Source: Bacilli bacterium (lineage in GTDB: Bacteria > Bacillota_I > Bacilli_A > RFN20 > UBA1709). Taken from it: 64,000 bases of DNA. This document shows, in pieces, positions 37,153-46,615 of this stretch. Location of the stretch: NCBI GenBank assembly GCA_050949315.1, contig JBMNFL010000001.1:864001-928000 (forward strand), in the 5' to 3' direction. The notes beneath the pieces were generated by a model. It searched no databases. It was not told the DNA's origin and saw nothing but the letters and a program-made list of their open reading frames with translations. Each line of letters begins with the position of its first letter. The stretch's first letter is position 1. A program made the position numbers and the translations under genes.

Positions 37153-37185
37153 AAGGGGTTTTACGGAGCCGCAAAGCCCCTTTTT
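37153..37185 (+). terminator. Intrinsic terminator
   Basis: AAGGGGTTTT...AAAGCCCC followed by TTTTT. Confidence 0.65.
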
Positions 37186-37194
37186 CTTAAAAGT

Positions 37195-37297
37195 TTATTA
37201 ATTTAGCAAAACCATGGAAACATGGTGACGCAAAGCTATAGGGTCTAAATAGACAGCCAGTTGCAAATTTCTTTGTCGCTGGCTGTTTCTGTCTTTT
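37195..37297 (+). ncRNA. c-di-GMP-I (GEMM-I) riboswitch with terminator-like expression platform
   Basis: AGCAAAACCATG-GAAA-CATGGTGACGCAAAGCTATAGGGTCTAA..GACAGCCAGTTGC matches the GEMM consensus; ACAGCCAG pairs with CTGGCTGT followed by a T-rich tract. Confidence 0.85.
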
Positions 37298-37458
37298 AGG
37301 AAGGTAAAAGCCCAAATGATACCGTATTTTCTAGTCAAAAGTTCATTTATAAACGCGTTTGACTAATAAAAATTATAGACAAGGGCGTTTTAACTATACT
37401 ATAATAAGTTTTAGCGAAAGAATTAATAAGTAGCAACTTATTAAAATGAGGTATCAAA

Positions 37459-38223
37459 ATGGAAAAGAAAGCAACAGGAAAAAAAGTTGGGCGTATAATT
37501 GGCAATATCGTTTTTGTTTTATTTCTAGTTTTAATTCTCTTTATTGCCATCACAAACTTGAAAGCCAAATCCAATCATGGAATTCCCAATATCTTTGGTA
37601 AAGGCTTTTTAGAAGTTGCGTCTGACTCAATGAATGGCGATAAGCCCGATTCATTTAAAAAAGGCGACTTAGTAGTCGTTGACGTCGTAGATCTAAACGA
37701 TTCTCGGGTGAAAGAATTAAAAGTTGATGACATCATAACTTATTATGACACTGGTGAAGCTAAAATAATTTCACACCGAATTATTGAAGTAAAAGGTACA
37801 GCGAACATACCAGTATATGTTGTCAAGGGTGACTCGCCCGATGCTGTTAAGACCACAGAGGTTAACTACACTAGCGTTATGGCAATTTATAACCATAAAG
37901 TTGCCGGCTTAGGAACTGTCGTTGGTTGGTTTTCCACGCCGACTGGTTTCTTTATCATCGTCGTCTTACCCTGTGTGGCCTTCTTAGTTTATGAAATTTA
38001 TCATTTTGTCAAGACTTTGACTGCTTATAATAAAGAGAAAAATAAAGGGGCCAGTAAGGAAGTTGAAACTGAACAACTGGTGGCCCTTAGAAAAGAGGCG
38101 CTGGAGGATCTAGTTAAATCTGGAGTCTTGAGTACTGAAGAGGCTGAAACAAAATTGAAGGAATATCAAGATAGTTTAAGTCAGACTGAAGTTGAAGAAG
38201 TCAAAGAAGAAAATAAAGAATAA
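37459..38223 (+). CDS. sipW: Signal peptidase I, SipW/S26B type
   Basis: N-terminal TM, VASDSM catalytic Ser, GDLV, ISHRII His, KGD, C-terminal TM. Confidence 0.85.
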   Translation: MEKKATGKKVGRIIGNIVFVLFLVLILFIAITNLKAKSNHGIPNIFGKGFLEVASDSMNGDKPDSFKKGDLVVVDVVDLNDSRVKELKVDDIITYYDTGEAKIISHRIIEVKGTANIPVYVVKGDSPDAVKTTEVNYTSVMAIYNHKVAGLGTVVGWFSTPTGFFIIVVLPCVAFLVYEIYHFVKTLTAYNKEKNKGASKEVETEQLVALRKEALEDLVKSGVLSTEEAETKLKEYQDSLSQTEVEEVKEENKE

Positions 38224-38240
38224 CAAGAAAGGGTAAGCAA

Positions 38241-39890
38241 TTGCCCTTTCTAAATGAAGGGGTTGGTCTAATGGACGGTATTAATAGATTCGCACAATAT
38301 TTCATGGATTTTTGTTCTAATGTTTGGGAACAAATTAAGAGTTTTTTTGTTGCCTTTTATAATATTGTAGCGGATGTCTTAGTTCGCAATCACATTTCTA
38401 ATTTTCGTATAATCGGGGAATATGCTGATAAGTTCACCGTTTTATCTTGGATTTTATTTGTGTTTATTGAAGCGCTTATTTGCGCCTTTTTAGTTTTATT
38501 AGTTTGGAAGATTGTCCAATTATTGAGTCGTTGGCTCAAGTTTAGACGCAAAGAAGTTGACAAAGAAGATCTTCTAATTGAAATCGCCAAATTAAAAACG
38601 CAAGTAGTCAAAGTTACTAGAGAAAAGGATCGCATTCTTTCTTTACAACTCGGCAGTGGGGGAGGACTTGTCGATACTGAGAGTTTAAATCTTGGTCCTA
38701 GTTTAGTTCCCTCAACAGCCCTAGACACGATTCCGGATACTACAGAAATTGTTAGCACCACTGAAAGCAAGGATGAATTAGCGCAGGTTGTTAGCGATTC
38801 GCGCTTCTCAAAACTAATTTTAGTTGATGAAAAATATAAAAATGGTAATTATGTTGTGACCATGACGGCGGAGGATATGGTTGGTTTACCAGAACTGGTT
38901 GCCCGCTTTGTCAACTATTCAGCCTCACAACACAAGTTATTCTATACCCCTAAGACCATTTCTAAATATGTGGCGGGGTTAGCTACTTCTAAGATTATTA
39001 TTCTTGAAGGTATCTCGGGTACAGGTAAAACCTCTTTACCCTATGCCTTCTCCCGTTTCCTTAAGAATCAAGCGGTTATTGTTTCTGTTCAGCCTTCTTG
39101 GCGTGATCGGACTGAGATTTTAGGTTATCTTAACGAATTCACTAAGAAATTTAATGAGACCGATTTCTTAAAAGCCGTTTATGAGGTTTCTTATCGTGAG
39201 GATGTTAACACTATCGTGCTTGATGAATTGAATTTAGCCCGTATTGAGTATTATTTCGCTGAGTTCCTTTCGGTGATGGAAATGCCGGATATCTCTGAGT
39301 GGAAGCTAGATTTAGTACCCACTCAACTACCTGGAGATCCCAAGCACTTAAATGGTGGCAAACTTTTAATTCCCCAAAATGTTTGGTATGTAGGAACGGC
39401 TAACCGTGATGACTCCACCTTTACGATTACCGATAAGGTCTATGATAGAGCCATCACCATCTATCTTAATGAGAGAGCGAAATACTTTGATGCGCCCTAT
39501 ACTGAGCCGGTTAATATCTCCTATGATTATTTAGAAAAGCTCTTTAGTATGGCGGCTGAGAAACATCCGATTTCTTTAAAGGCTCTTCAAAATCTTGATA
39601 AGATTGATGTCTTTATTCAGGATAATTTCAAGATTGCTTTTGGTAACCGTATTCTCAAACAGATTAGAATCTTTGTTCCTGTCTATGTTGCCTGTGGCAA
39701 TACCGAGACTGAGGGACTTGACTTTATGATCTGTACCAAAATCCTTAAAAAGTTTGAGGCCTTAAACCTTCCGTTCTTACGCAAAGAGTTAGAAGAGTTA
39801 ATTTCCTTAATTCAAAAATTATTTGGCAAAGACGCCTTCACCGAATCAATTGCCTATCTGCGCGATTTATTGAAGATGGCGGGCGCTTAG
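38241..39890 (+). CDS. Membrane-anchored McrB-like AAA+ NTPase
   Basis: TM helix plus coiled coil; GISGTGKT, VQPSWRD, LDELNLARIEYYF, GTANRDD (McrB-type NxxD), KVYDRA. Confidence 0.85.
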   Translation: MPFLNEGVGLMDGINRFAQYFMDFCSNVWEQIKSFFVAFYNIVADVLVRNHISNFRIIGEYADKFTVLSWILFVFIEALICAFLVLLVWKIVQLLSRWLKFRRKEVDKEDLLIEIAKLKTQVVKVTREKDRILSLQLGSGGGLVDTESLNLGPSLVPSTALDTIPDTTEIVSTTESKDELAQVVSDSRFSKLILVDEKYKNGNYVVTMTAEDMVGLPELVARFVNYSASQHKLFYTPKTISKYVAGLATSKIIILEGISGTGKTSLPYAFSRFLKNQAVIVSVQPSWRDRTEILGYLNEFTKKFNETDFLKAVYEVSYREDVNTIVLDELNLARIEYYFAEFLSVMEMPDISEWKLDLVPTQLPGDPKHLNGGKLLIPQNVWYVGTANRDDSTFTITDKVYDRAITIYLNERAKYFDAPYTEPVNISYDYLEKLFSMAAEKHPISLKALQNLDKIDVFIQDNFKIAFGNRILKQIRIFVPVYVACGNTETEGLDFMICTKILKKFEALNLPFLRKELEELISLIQKLFGKDAFTESIAYLRDLLKMAGA

Positions 39891-39905
39891 TTGGGGTGCG
39901 TTTAA

Positions 39906-41600
39906 ATGGCAAAGGCAAAGACCAATTATGAGAAACGCTTTTATCAACGCATCTTAAAAGCTATCAATAGAGAAGACGCCAAAGGTTTTTATAAAGAATT
40001 TAATAATGCGATTAAAAGTGGCAAAATGACCATTAGCCAGATGCGGACCAAGAGTCAGCTTTCTTTTGATGCGACTTGGATCAATGTTATTACCAGTTAC
40101 TTACCATATCTAGAGAAGATTGTTCGCAATCCTAGGATCTATATGGAAGCCATCGAGATGGTAACACCAATTCAATCAGCCAAGAAAATCACCGCTCGTT
40201 CCGTTCAGCATCTTTCAGCCAATGTGCAAAATGTTCAAGAGATTCGTAGTGATGGAACCATCGTTCCTTCTAAGGTGTTATCCACCATCTACGAAGACAC
40301 GATGAATATCTATGAAAACCGCTTTATTATGACACTTATTTCTAAACTGGCGGCTTTTGTGGAAGTGCGTTATGAGCAAATTGCTGAAAAAACGGAGTCC
40401 TATCAAACCGATTATTTAAGAGTTCAAGATGTCTTTAAGTGGCGAAACTATGATATTGAAGCCAATATTGATTTAAAGGTTAAAGAACAGGTTGAGGATG
40501 AAGAAAGTCAAAAGAATTTAGAACTCGTCGAGGATATCAGAACCATCCGTAGTTATGTACGGGGTTTTATGCAGTCGGCTTTCTATCAAACCATGAAGGA
40601 AAGTCGGGCGCGAGCCGTTAATCCGCCGATTCTAAGGACCAATATCATTGTTAAGTCAGTTGAATATAATAGTTGTTTAAAATTATGGCAGTTCTTAGAT
40701 TCCTATCGCCAACTTGGGGTCAGTGTTGGTGTCTTTGATAAGGAACTGGATTTTGATGAAGACTTTGTCAATAAGGTCAGCGATATGTTAATGCTGAATT
40801 ATTCTTTAATCACCGAGAATCAAGCTGATCGTGAAGACACTTATAATCTTTTGCCCTATAAAAAGCGTAGAGAAAAAGAAATACGCTTTAGTAAGACCGA
40901 ATTAGTTGTTGAGGAAATGCTGGATGAGGATGCCGATATTAAAGCCGTTCCCCCTACTATTTCCGAATACTACTATCAAAGGATGAAGCAGATTTCAAAG
41001 ACCAACTTCACTAGACAAGTGAATTCCGGTATTTCTTATAATCGTTCCTTTTTAAATATTTATAAGAAAATGTTAAAAATTGAAAATGGTGTGCAAAAAG
41101 AAATTCTACAAGGTCTTGAAAAAAGATTACGTAAAAGATATCCAACTAAGATAAAATCCGCCGCCAAGGTCACTTTTTTGAAAAGAGTTCGCTCAATTTA
41201 TAAATCGGTGATTTTAATTAAGAAAGCCGACTTAGAAAGCGCGGAGGCGAAGTTAAGAAAAGCCGAAGCCGATCTTGAGAAAAACATGGCTTTAATTAAA
41301 CCTGAAACCAAAGCTTTCCGCAAGAAAGAGCGGGAAAAAGCGGCGCGCCGGGCTAGAAAGAAAGCTCGGGCCAAGGGCTTACCAGTACCGAAGATGAAAG
41401 ATTTAATTAAAGAGGAAGAAGAAGAGCCAATCATTGATCTTCCCGAAGTTGACGATGAAGATCTTTCTGAAAGCGAATTATTAGCTAGTGAGGATGAAGT
41501 CGTTAAAAAGCCCGTAAAAAAGGCGGTAAAGAAAGGCGAACCGGAGCCGATTGATGTCGTCATTGTTAAAGCTAATGAGGATGAAGAGGATGAAGAGTAA
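39906..41600 (+). CDS. DUF2357 (McrC N-terminal-like) protein without a recognisable nuclease domain
   Basis: NIYENRFI and PPILRTNIIVKSVEYNSCLKLWQFL; C-terminus is a K/R-rich helix plus acidic tail. Confidence 0.7.
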   Translation: MAKAKTNYEKRFYQRILKAINREDAKGFYKEFNNAIKSGKMTISQMRTKSQLSFDATWINVITSYLPYLEKIVRNPRIYMEAIEMVTPIQSAKKITARSVQHLSANVQNVQEIRSDGTIVPSKVLSTIYEDTMNIYENRFIMTLISKLAAFVEVRYEQIAEKTESYQTDYLRVQDVFKWRNYDIEANIDLKVKEQVEDEESQKNLELVEDIRTIRSYVRGFMQSAFYQTMKESRARAVNPPILRTNIIVKSVEYNSCLKLWQFLDSYRQLGVSVGVFDKELDFDEDFVNKVSDMLMLNYSLITENQADREDTYNLLPYKKRREKEIRFSKTELVVEEMLDEDADIKAVPPTISEYYYQRMKQISKTNFTRQVNSGISYNRSFLNIYKKMLKIENGVQKEILQGLEKRLRKRYPTKIKSAAKVTFLKRVRSIYKSVILIKKADLESAEAKLRKAEADLEKNMALIKPETKAFRKKEREKAARRARKKARAKGLPVPKMKDLIKEEEEEPIIDLPEVDDEDLSESELLASEDEVVKKPVKKAVKKGEPEPIDVVIVKANEDEEDEE

Positions 41601-42201
41601 GAAGGGCAAGTATCTCAAAAGAATCGCTTTAGTTCTTCTTGAATTACTCATCCTTTATATTGTTATTAAAGTCGTTATTGGGGTGGCGACAAATAGTCCA
41701 GTAAATGTCTTTAATCACTATGTCTTCGTTGTTAAGACGGAGTCGATGCAAGACTTTATTAACCCGGGGGATATCGTTTTTATCCAAAAGTGTCAGATTG
41801 ATAAGGCGCAAATAGGCGATGTCATCTCCTTTACTTGTATTAACCCCACTCAAACTATTTATGGTAGTAACATCATCCATCGCGTAGTTGATAGAGAAGT
41901 TGTTGATGGCCTTATAAGACTAACAACTAAAGGCGATGCCAATGTTATTATTGATGAATACCAAGTTACTGGGGCCAACTTTGTCGGCCGAGTTACCCTA
42001 GTATCCCCCTTCCTAGGCCGCGTCTTTAATCTATTTGTCAGTACTTACCTTTCTTTATATCTAATTGTTCTTGTTCTACTTTTATTTGTTATTGTCAGTG
42101 TGATTAAACGTATGATCAAGTTAGTAAAAGAAGAGCATAGACAAAAGGAAAAAGAGAAAATCAAAGAAGAAATTCTAGCCGAAAAAAGAAGAGGAGAATA
42201 G
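41590..42201 (+). CDS. Second SipW/S26B-type signal peptidase
   Basis: VKTESM, PGDIV, IIHRVV, TTKGDAN. Confidence 0.85.
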   Translation: MKSKKGKYLKRIALVLLELLILYIVIKVVIGVATNSPVNVFNHYVFVVKTESMQDFINPGDIVFIQKCQIDKAQIGDVISFTCINPTQTIYGSNIIHRVVDREVVDGLIRLTTKGDANVIIDEYQVTGANFVGRVTLVSPFLGRVFNLFVSTYLSLYLIVLVLLLFVIVSVIKRMIKLVKEEHRQKEKEKIKEEILAEKRRGE

Positions 42202-42204
42202 AGC

Positions 42205-44748
42205 ATGAAAAAAAGGAGCATCTTTATCTTTCTAGCAGTTTCCATTATTCTTTCCTTATTCATCAGCATAATTTATATCGTTAAAGCCTCTTCAATTGTT
42301 GAAGCTAAAGCCCACAGCAACGTGCATAGTGTGGCTACAGAAACCGCGGCTTACTTAGATAACAATGTGCAGAATACTCATGATGATATTGCTTTTTATA
42401 TTGAAAATTCTACGAAAGAAAAAGGTGAACTGGTCAGTGAGCTCTATTCTAAATATAGTAGTCGTTTTATCGGCTTTGGTTATTGTGAGGGCATAAGCGG
42501 CGAAGATCCTAAACTCGTTTCTTATGCGGGCAAGGATGATTATGAGTTATTTGCTTTTAACTTTTCCCATTCGGAGCGCTTTTTCGCCCAGCAATGTGCC
42601 ATAACTAATTTATCAAGATTCTTTGATAATCTAACGGATGAGCAAAATGAAGTGGTCATCTTCTATCATTTTGACGATTATTTTGCCTTTCAGCCCTTTT
42701 CGGCTTATGAGACGATGTTGAGCAGTGCTTATCCTGAGGGCACTAGATATCTTGTTAGCACAGGGGATGGCTTAATCTTAGCCAATTCTTTCAGTGACGA
42801 TATGTCGATGAGCAGCATTTTTAGAATGTCAGTTGATCCCTTCCCTGGTTTTGTTGAGGATATCTTAGCAGGTGAGGGTCAATCTAAAATAATGAAACTC
42901 AATAAAGGCTTATCACATTTAGTTACTGTTTCCACTTGTTTAGAAGATTTTAATGATGATGGTGTTTATATCTTTGTCATCGTCGATAATATTTATATCA
43001 CTAATTTCTTGAATTCACTGCTTATCATCACCGCGATTTACAATGCCTTCTTTATTGTGATCAATGTTGGGATGGCGCTAACCATGTATTTTACTAAGCG
43101 CAGCAGTCGGGACTTAATTATTCCCTTTTCCTATGAAGATCATTATGTTTTACTGGTCGGTGAAGATGGTAAGATTATAAGTAAAAACAAGCGTTTTAGC
43201 AAATCAAAGTATAATTGTGGCAATCTACTAAGAACAGGGGTTGTTGAACTTAAGGAGCAAACAACTGAAGAATTAAAGAACTTATTAGAAACAGCTTCTT
43301 CTTTGACTTTGCGTTATGTCTTTGATGATAAGATTGAAGATATCAATTTCTTGATTTTAAATTCAAAGATCGGCTATCAATTAATTGCCGAAGCCTATGA
43401 TGATGCTTATATAGCTCGTGATAGGAAGGGTAGCAGAAGAGGGGTTAGTATTGATTATGCTTATCAAGATGATTTTTACGATATTTTAAATAGAAAAGCG
43501 CTATTAGAACGTTTGAAGGATACAATTGCCAACAAGAAGAAATATTTAAATGTTTATCTTGTTTGTTGCTCCTTGAAAAATCACGATGAAATTACGCGTT
43601 TATATGGTCAGCATATTCACGAGATGATTAATACAGAAGTTATTAATCGCTTGAAGAAGTCTTTAGATGGTAATGAGATCTACTCTATCAATGACAATTT
43701 CTGTGCTTTCTTTGTTCATTTAAAGGATAACTTCAATGATTTAAGAAGACAGATGGAAGTTATTAATAAAGAGCAAAGACATCCTATCAGTATCTATTCC
43801 AGTGATTCAATAGTTGAGCCCTATTTCGGTATTTATCCTCTTTCTTTAATTGAGGCCAATGAAGATCCAACGCCAAGAGGTATTATCAATAAGGCGATAA
43901 TTGCCTATAACCGGGCTAAACAGAGTAAGGATCAAAACTATTATTTATACGATATCAGTTCCGAGTCTTTGCTCGAACGTGAGCAAATAGTAGCGGATGA
44001 TATTAAAAAAGGTATTGAAAACAATGAGTTTGAGACCCACTTCCAACCAGTTTACAATTTAAAAGAAGATCGGGTATCGGGCTTTGAATGTCTGTTAAGA
44101 TGGAATAATGACAAATACCGTTTTGAGTCGCCGTATGAATATATCAAAGTTGCCGAGCATGCGGGCTATATCCACGATATTGGTATTTTTACTTTCCGCA
44201 AGGCCTTGGAGTTACTTAAAGAGTTAAATAGAGATGATATTCGAGTATCGGTTAACGTTTCGCTTGCTCAATTTATGCAGGCTGGCTTTACCACGGATGT
44301 TATTAATCTTTTTAAGGAATATGATGTTCCTTATTCCAGTGTGGCGATGGAAATCACTGAGACTTTCTTTGCCGAGTCTATTCAAGAAATTACTGATAAA
44401 TTAGAATATATTCGTTCCTTTGGCATTAAAATTTATCTAGATGACTTTGGGACGGGCTACTCATCTTTGCTTTATTTAGCAGAGTTCCCAGTGGATGTTA
44501 TTAAGATTGATAAAGAATTTACCAATCAAATTAAAGCTAATGAAAGTGTAAGAACAATTATGTCTTATTTAATTGGTATGGCTAATGCCATAGGTTTAGA
44601 TGTGGTGGCTGAGGGTGTAGAAACCGACTATCAGCTCAAGTTCTATGAACGCCAGAAATGCAATTATATACAAGGCTTTTATTTCTCTAAACCGCTACCA
44701 GTGTCTGAGGTCCAAAAGGCCTTAGAAATCAAAAGGAGTGATGTCTAA
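42205..44748 (+). CDS. Membrane sensor, degenerate GGDEF plus EAL phosphodiesterase
   Basis: Two TMs around an extracellular domain; GGDEF site reads SINDNF; ECLLRW, EITE, DDFGTGYSSL, IKID, AEGVE, QGFYFSKP. Confidence 0.9.
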   Translation: MKKRSIFIFLAVSIILSLFISIIYIVKASSIVEAKAHSNVHSVATETAAYLDNNVQNTHDDIAFYIENSTKEKGELVSELYSKYSSRFIGFGYCEGISGEDPKLVSYAGKDDYELFAFNFSHSERFFAQQCAITNLSRFFDNLTDEQNEVVIFYHFDDYFAFQPFSAYETMLSSAYPEGTRYLVSTGDGLILANSFSDDMSMSSIFRMSVDPFPGFVEDILAGEGQSKIMKLNKGLSHLVTVSTCLEDFNDDGVYIFVIVDNIYITNFLNSLLIITAIYNAFFIVINVGMALTMYFTKRSSRDLIIPFSYEDHYVLLVGEDGKIISKNKRFSKSKYNCGNLLRTGVVELKEQTTEELKNLLETASSLTLRYVFDDKIEDINFLILNSKIGYQLIAEAYDDAYIARDRKGSRRGVSIDYAYQDDFYDILNRKALLERLKDTIANKKKYLNVYLVCCSLKNHDEITRLYGQHIHEMINTEVINRLKKSLDGNEIYSINDNFCAFFVHLKDNFNDLRRQMEVINKEQRHPISIYSSDSIVEPYFGIYPLSLIEANEDPTPRGIINKAIIAYNRAKQSKDQNYYLYDISSESLLEREQIVADDIKKGIENNEFETHFQPVYNLKEDRVSGFECLLRWNNDKYRFESPYEYIKVAEHAGYIHDIGIFTFRKALELLKELNRDDIRVSVNVSLAQFMQAGFTTDVINLFKEYDVPYSSVAMEITETFFAESIQEITDKLEYIRSFGIKIYLDDFGTGYSSLLYLAEFPVDVIKIDKEFTNQIKANESVRTIMSYLIGMANAIGLDVVAEGVETDYQLKFYERQKCNYIQGFYFSKPLPVSEVQKALEIKRSDV

Positions 44749-46211
44749 TGATATTAGCAAGAACAGCAAGTACTAGTGATCCAGTCTTTACGGGTTTGAT
44801 CATTATTGTGATAATTGGCCTAAGTGTTTTACTACTTTGGTCCATTATCCGCGAAATGAAAAAAAGAAAAAAAGAACGGGAACAACCAAAAAAGACCCCA
44901 GGTTTAATGTCCTTATCCCATTTGACGGAGTCTTTAAACGAATTTGTTCGGGTTTATCACCTTTCTAAGAAGGCGACAATTTTTGTCTTTTCCTTTGCTA
45001 ATGCCAATGAACTAGCCGAGTCGTTTGGTCGTCGAACCGAGATGATTTTAAAAGATAAGGTTCTCCAGAATGTGATAAAAATTCTCCCTAGAAACGCGGT
45101 TTTAGCTGAATACAGGAACGAAAGCGATAGTTACGCTTTACTATTAAGAGGCGATTTTCCTGAAGACAAACTCTTAAGTTTTGCTAACTACCTAGTCAGC
45201 GTTATTGAAACTCCTGTTGCGGTTCCTAACCTTGAGATTGAAATTTCCTATTCAGCTTATTTAGGTATTGTCTATTATCCAACTCATGCCATTTCGGTTA
45301 CTGATTTGTTAAACAAGGCCGATGTCGCTCTTTATATGAACCAGAAGAGCCCTAACACCAAATACACGGTTTATTCTTCCTCTTTCGCGGTTACCGAAGA
45401 AGAGAATCTTGTTTACTATAACCAAATCAAAGCCGCCATTAAAAACAAAGAATTTGAACTTTATTATCAACCAATTTGTGAATGTAAAACCCAAAACATT
45501 GTTGGTTTTGAAGCCTTGATTCGCTGGAAACATCCAGAATTAGGCATATTAAATCCAGCCAAATTCCTTTCTGTTTTAGAGAATTCTGGGGATATAAACT
45601 GGATTGGCAAATGGAGCATGCATGTTATCTGTGCTTACTATAATGAACAGCGCGCTCTTTTCAAAGAACATAATGTTTTCTTCTCAGTAAACCTTTCAGT
45701 TAAGCAATTGCTCAATGAGAACTTGGTCAATGATTTTGCCGCTATTCTCAATCAATATCATGTGCCTACTGACGCAATTTGTTTTGAAATTGAAGAATAT
45801 GCCCTTTATGAACGTTATCCTGTCATTCAAACAACGATTCGAGAATTAGGAGAGAAAGGTTTCAAACTCGCTATTGATCACTTTGGTTTAGATTCTAATA
45901 ACATCAAGAAATTAGAATCACAAGAACCCTATATGATTAAACTTGTAGCAAAAGACACCTTGGAAGCCCAAGACTCCTTTGTTGGGTCGCGTGTTTTCGA
46001 GATTTTAATTGATACCTGTAAAAAGCGAAATATTAAAATTTCCTCTTTAATGGTTGAAAATCAAGATGATATCAAAAAACTTGAAGAAAGCGGTTTTGAT
46101 TATCAGCAAGGCTATTTTATTGCTGAGCCGATGAGTGCTAAAGACAATGCTGAATTCTTTTCCGCCAGCTTTCGCCTAAAAGAAGATGAAAGCAAGAAAA
46201 AGGAAGAATAA
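44748..46211 (+). CDS. Single-TM degenerate GGDEF-EAL protein
   Basis: EALIRW present but loop 6 reads DHFGLDSNN; no GGDEF motif. Confidence 0.85.
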   Translation: MILARTASTSDPVFTGLIIIVIIGLSVLLLWSIIREMKKRKKEREQPKKTPGLMSLSHLTESLNEFVRVYHLSKKATIFVFSFANANELAESFGRRTEMILKDKVLQNVIKILPRNAVLAEYRNESDSYALLLRGDFPEDKLLSFANYLVSVIETPVAVPNLEIEISYSAYLGIVYYPTHAISVTDLLNKADVALYMNQKSPNTKYTVYSSSFAVTEEENLVYYNQIKAAIKNKEFELYYQPICECKTQNIVGFEALIRWKHPELGILNPAKFLSVLENSGDINWIGKWSMHVICAYYNEQRALFKEHNVFFSVNLSVKQLLNENLVNDFAAILNQYHVPTDAICFEIEEYALYERYPVIQTTIRELGEKGFKLAIDHFGLDSNNIKKLESQEPYMIKLVAKDTLEAQDSFVGSRVFEILIDTCKKRNIKISSLMVENQDDIKKLEESGFDYQQGYFIAEPMSAKDNAEFFSASFRLKEDESKKKEE

Positions 46212-46337
46212 AAAGAAAAAAGGCAAAAAATGCTGACTTTTTCCAAAAATTAAGTTGCAACCAAGAAATATTCGTTCTATAATAACTTTGCATTTAGAAA
46301 TAGATGCATAGTCTAAAAATGACGGAAGGAAGTAAAA

Positions 46338-46535
46338 ATGAAGGGCGCAATTAAGATGTTTAGTAAAGAAAAGGGCTTCGGCTTTATTCGCACCGAAGAG
46401 GGCAAGGATGTCTTTTTCCACTACTCCGAACTACAAATGGAAGGCTTTAAGACCGCTGAAGTTGGCGAAGAGGTTGAATTTGATGTTCAAGAATCGGACA
46501 GAGGTCCTAGAGCTGCTAATATTCGCAAGTTATAG
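46338..46535 (+). CDS. Cold-shock protein
   Basis: KGFGFI (RNP1) and DVFFHYS (RNP2). Confidence 0.95.
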   Translation: MKGAIKMFSKEKGFGFIRTEEGKDVFFHYSELQMEGFKTAEVGEEVEFDVQESDRGPRAANIRKL

Positions 46536-46546
46536 TAGCTAGTGAG

Positions 46547-46569
46547 AAAACCACGAAAGTGGTTTTTTT
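46547..46569 (+). terminator. Intrinsic terminator
   Basis: AAAACCAC-GAAA-GTGGTTTTTTT. Confidence 0.8.
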
Positions 46570-46615
46570 GTTTCTCATAAAGTAGTATAATACCTAAGAG
46601 GTTAGGAGGGGTTCT

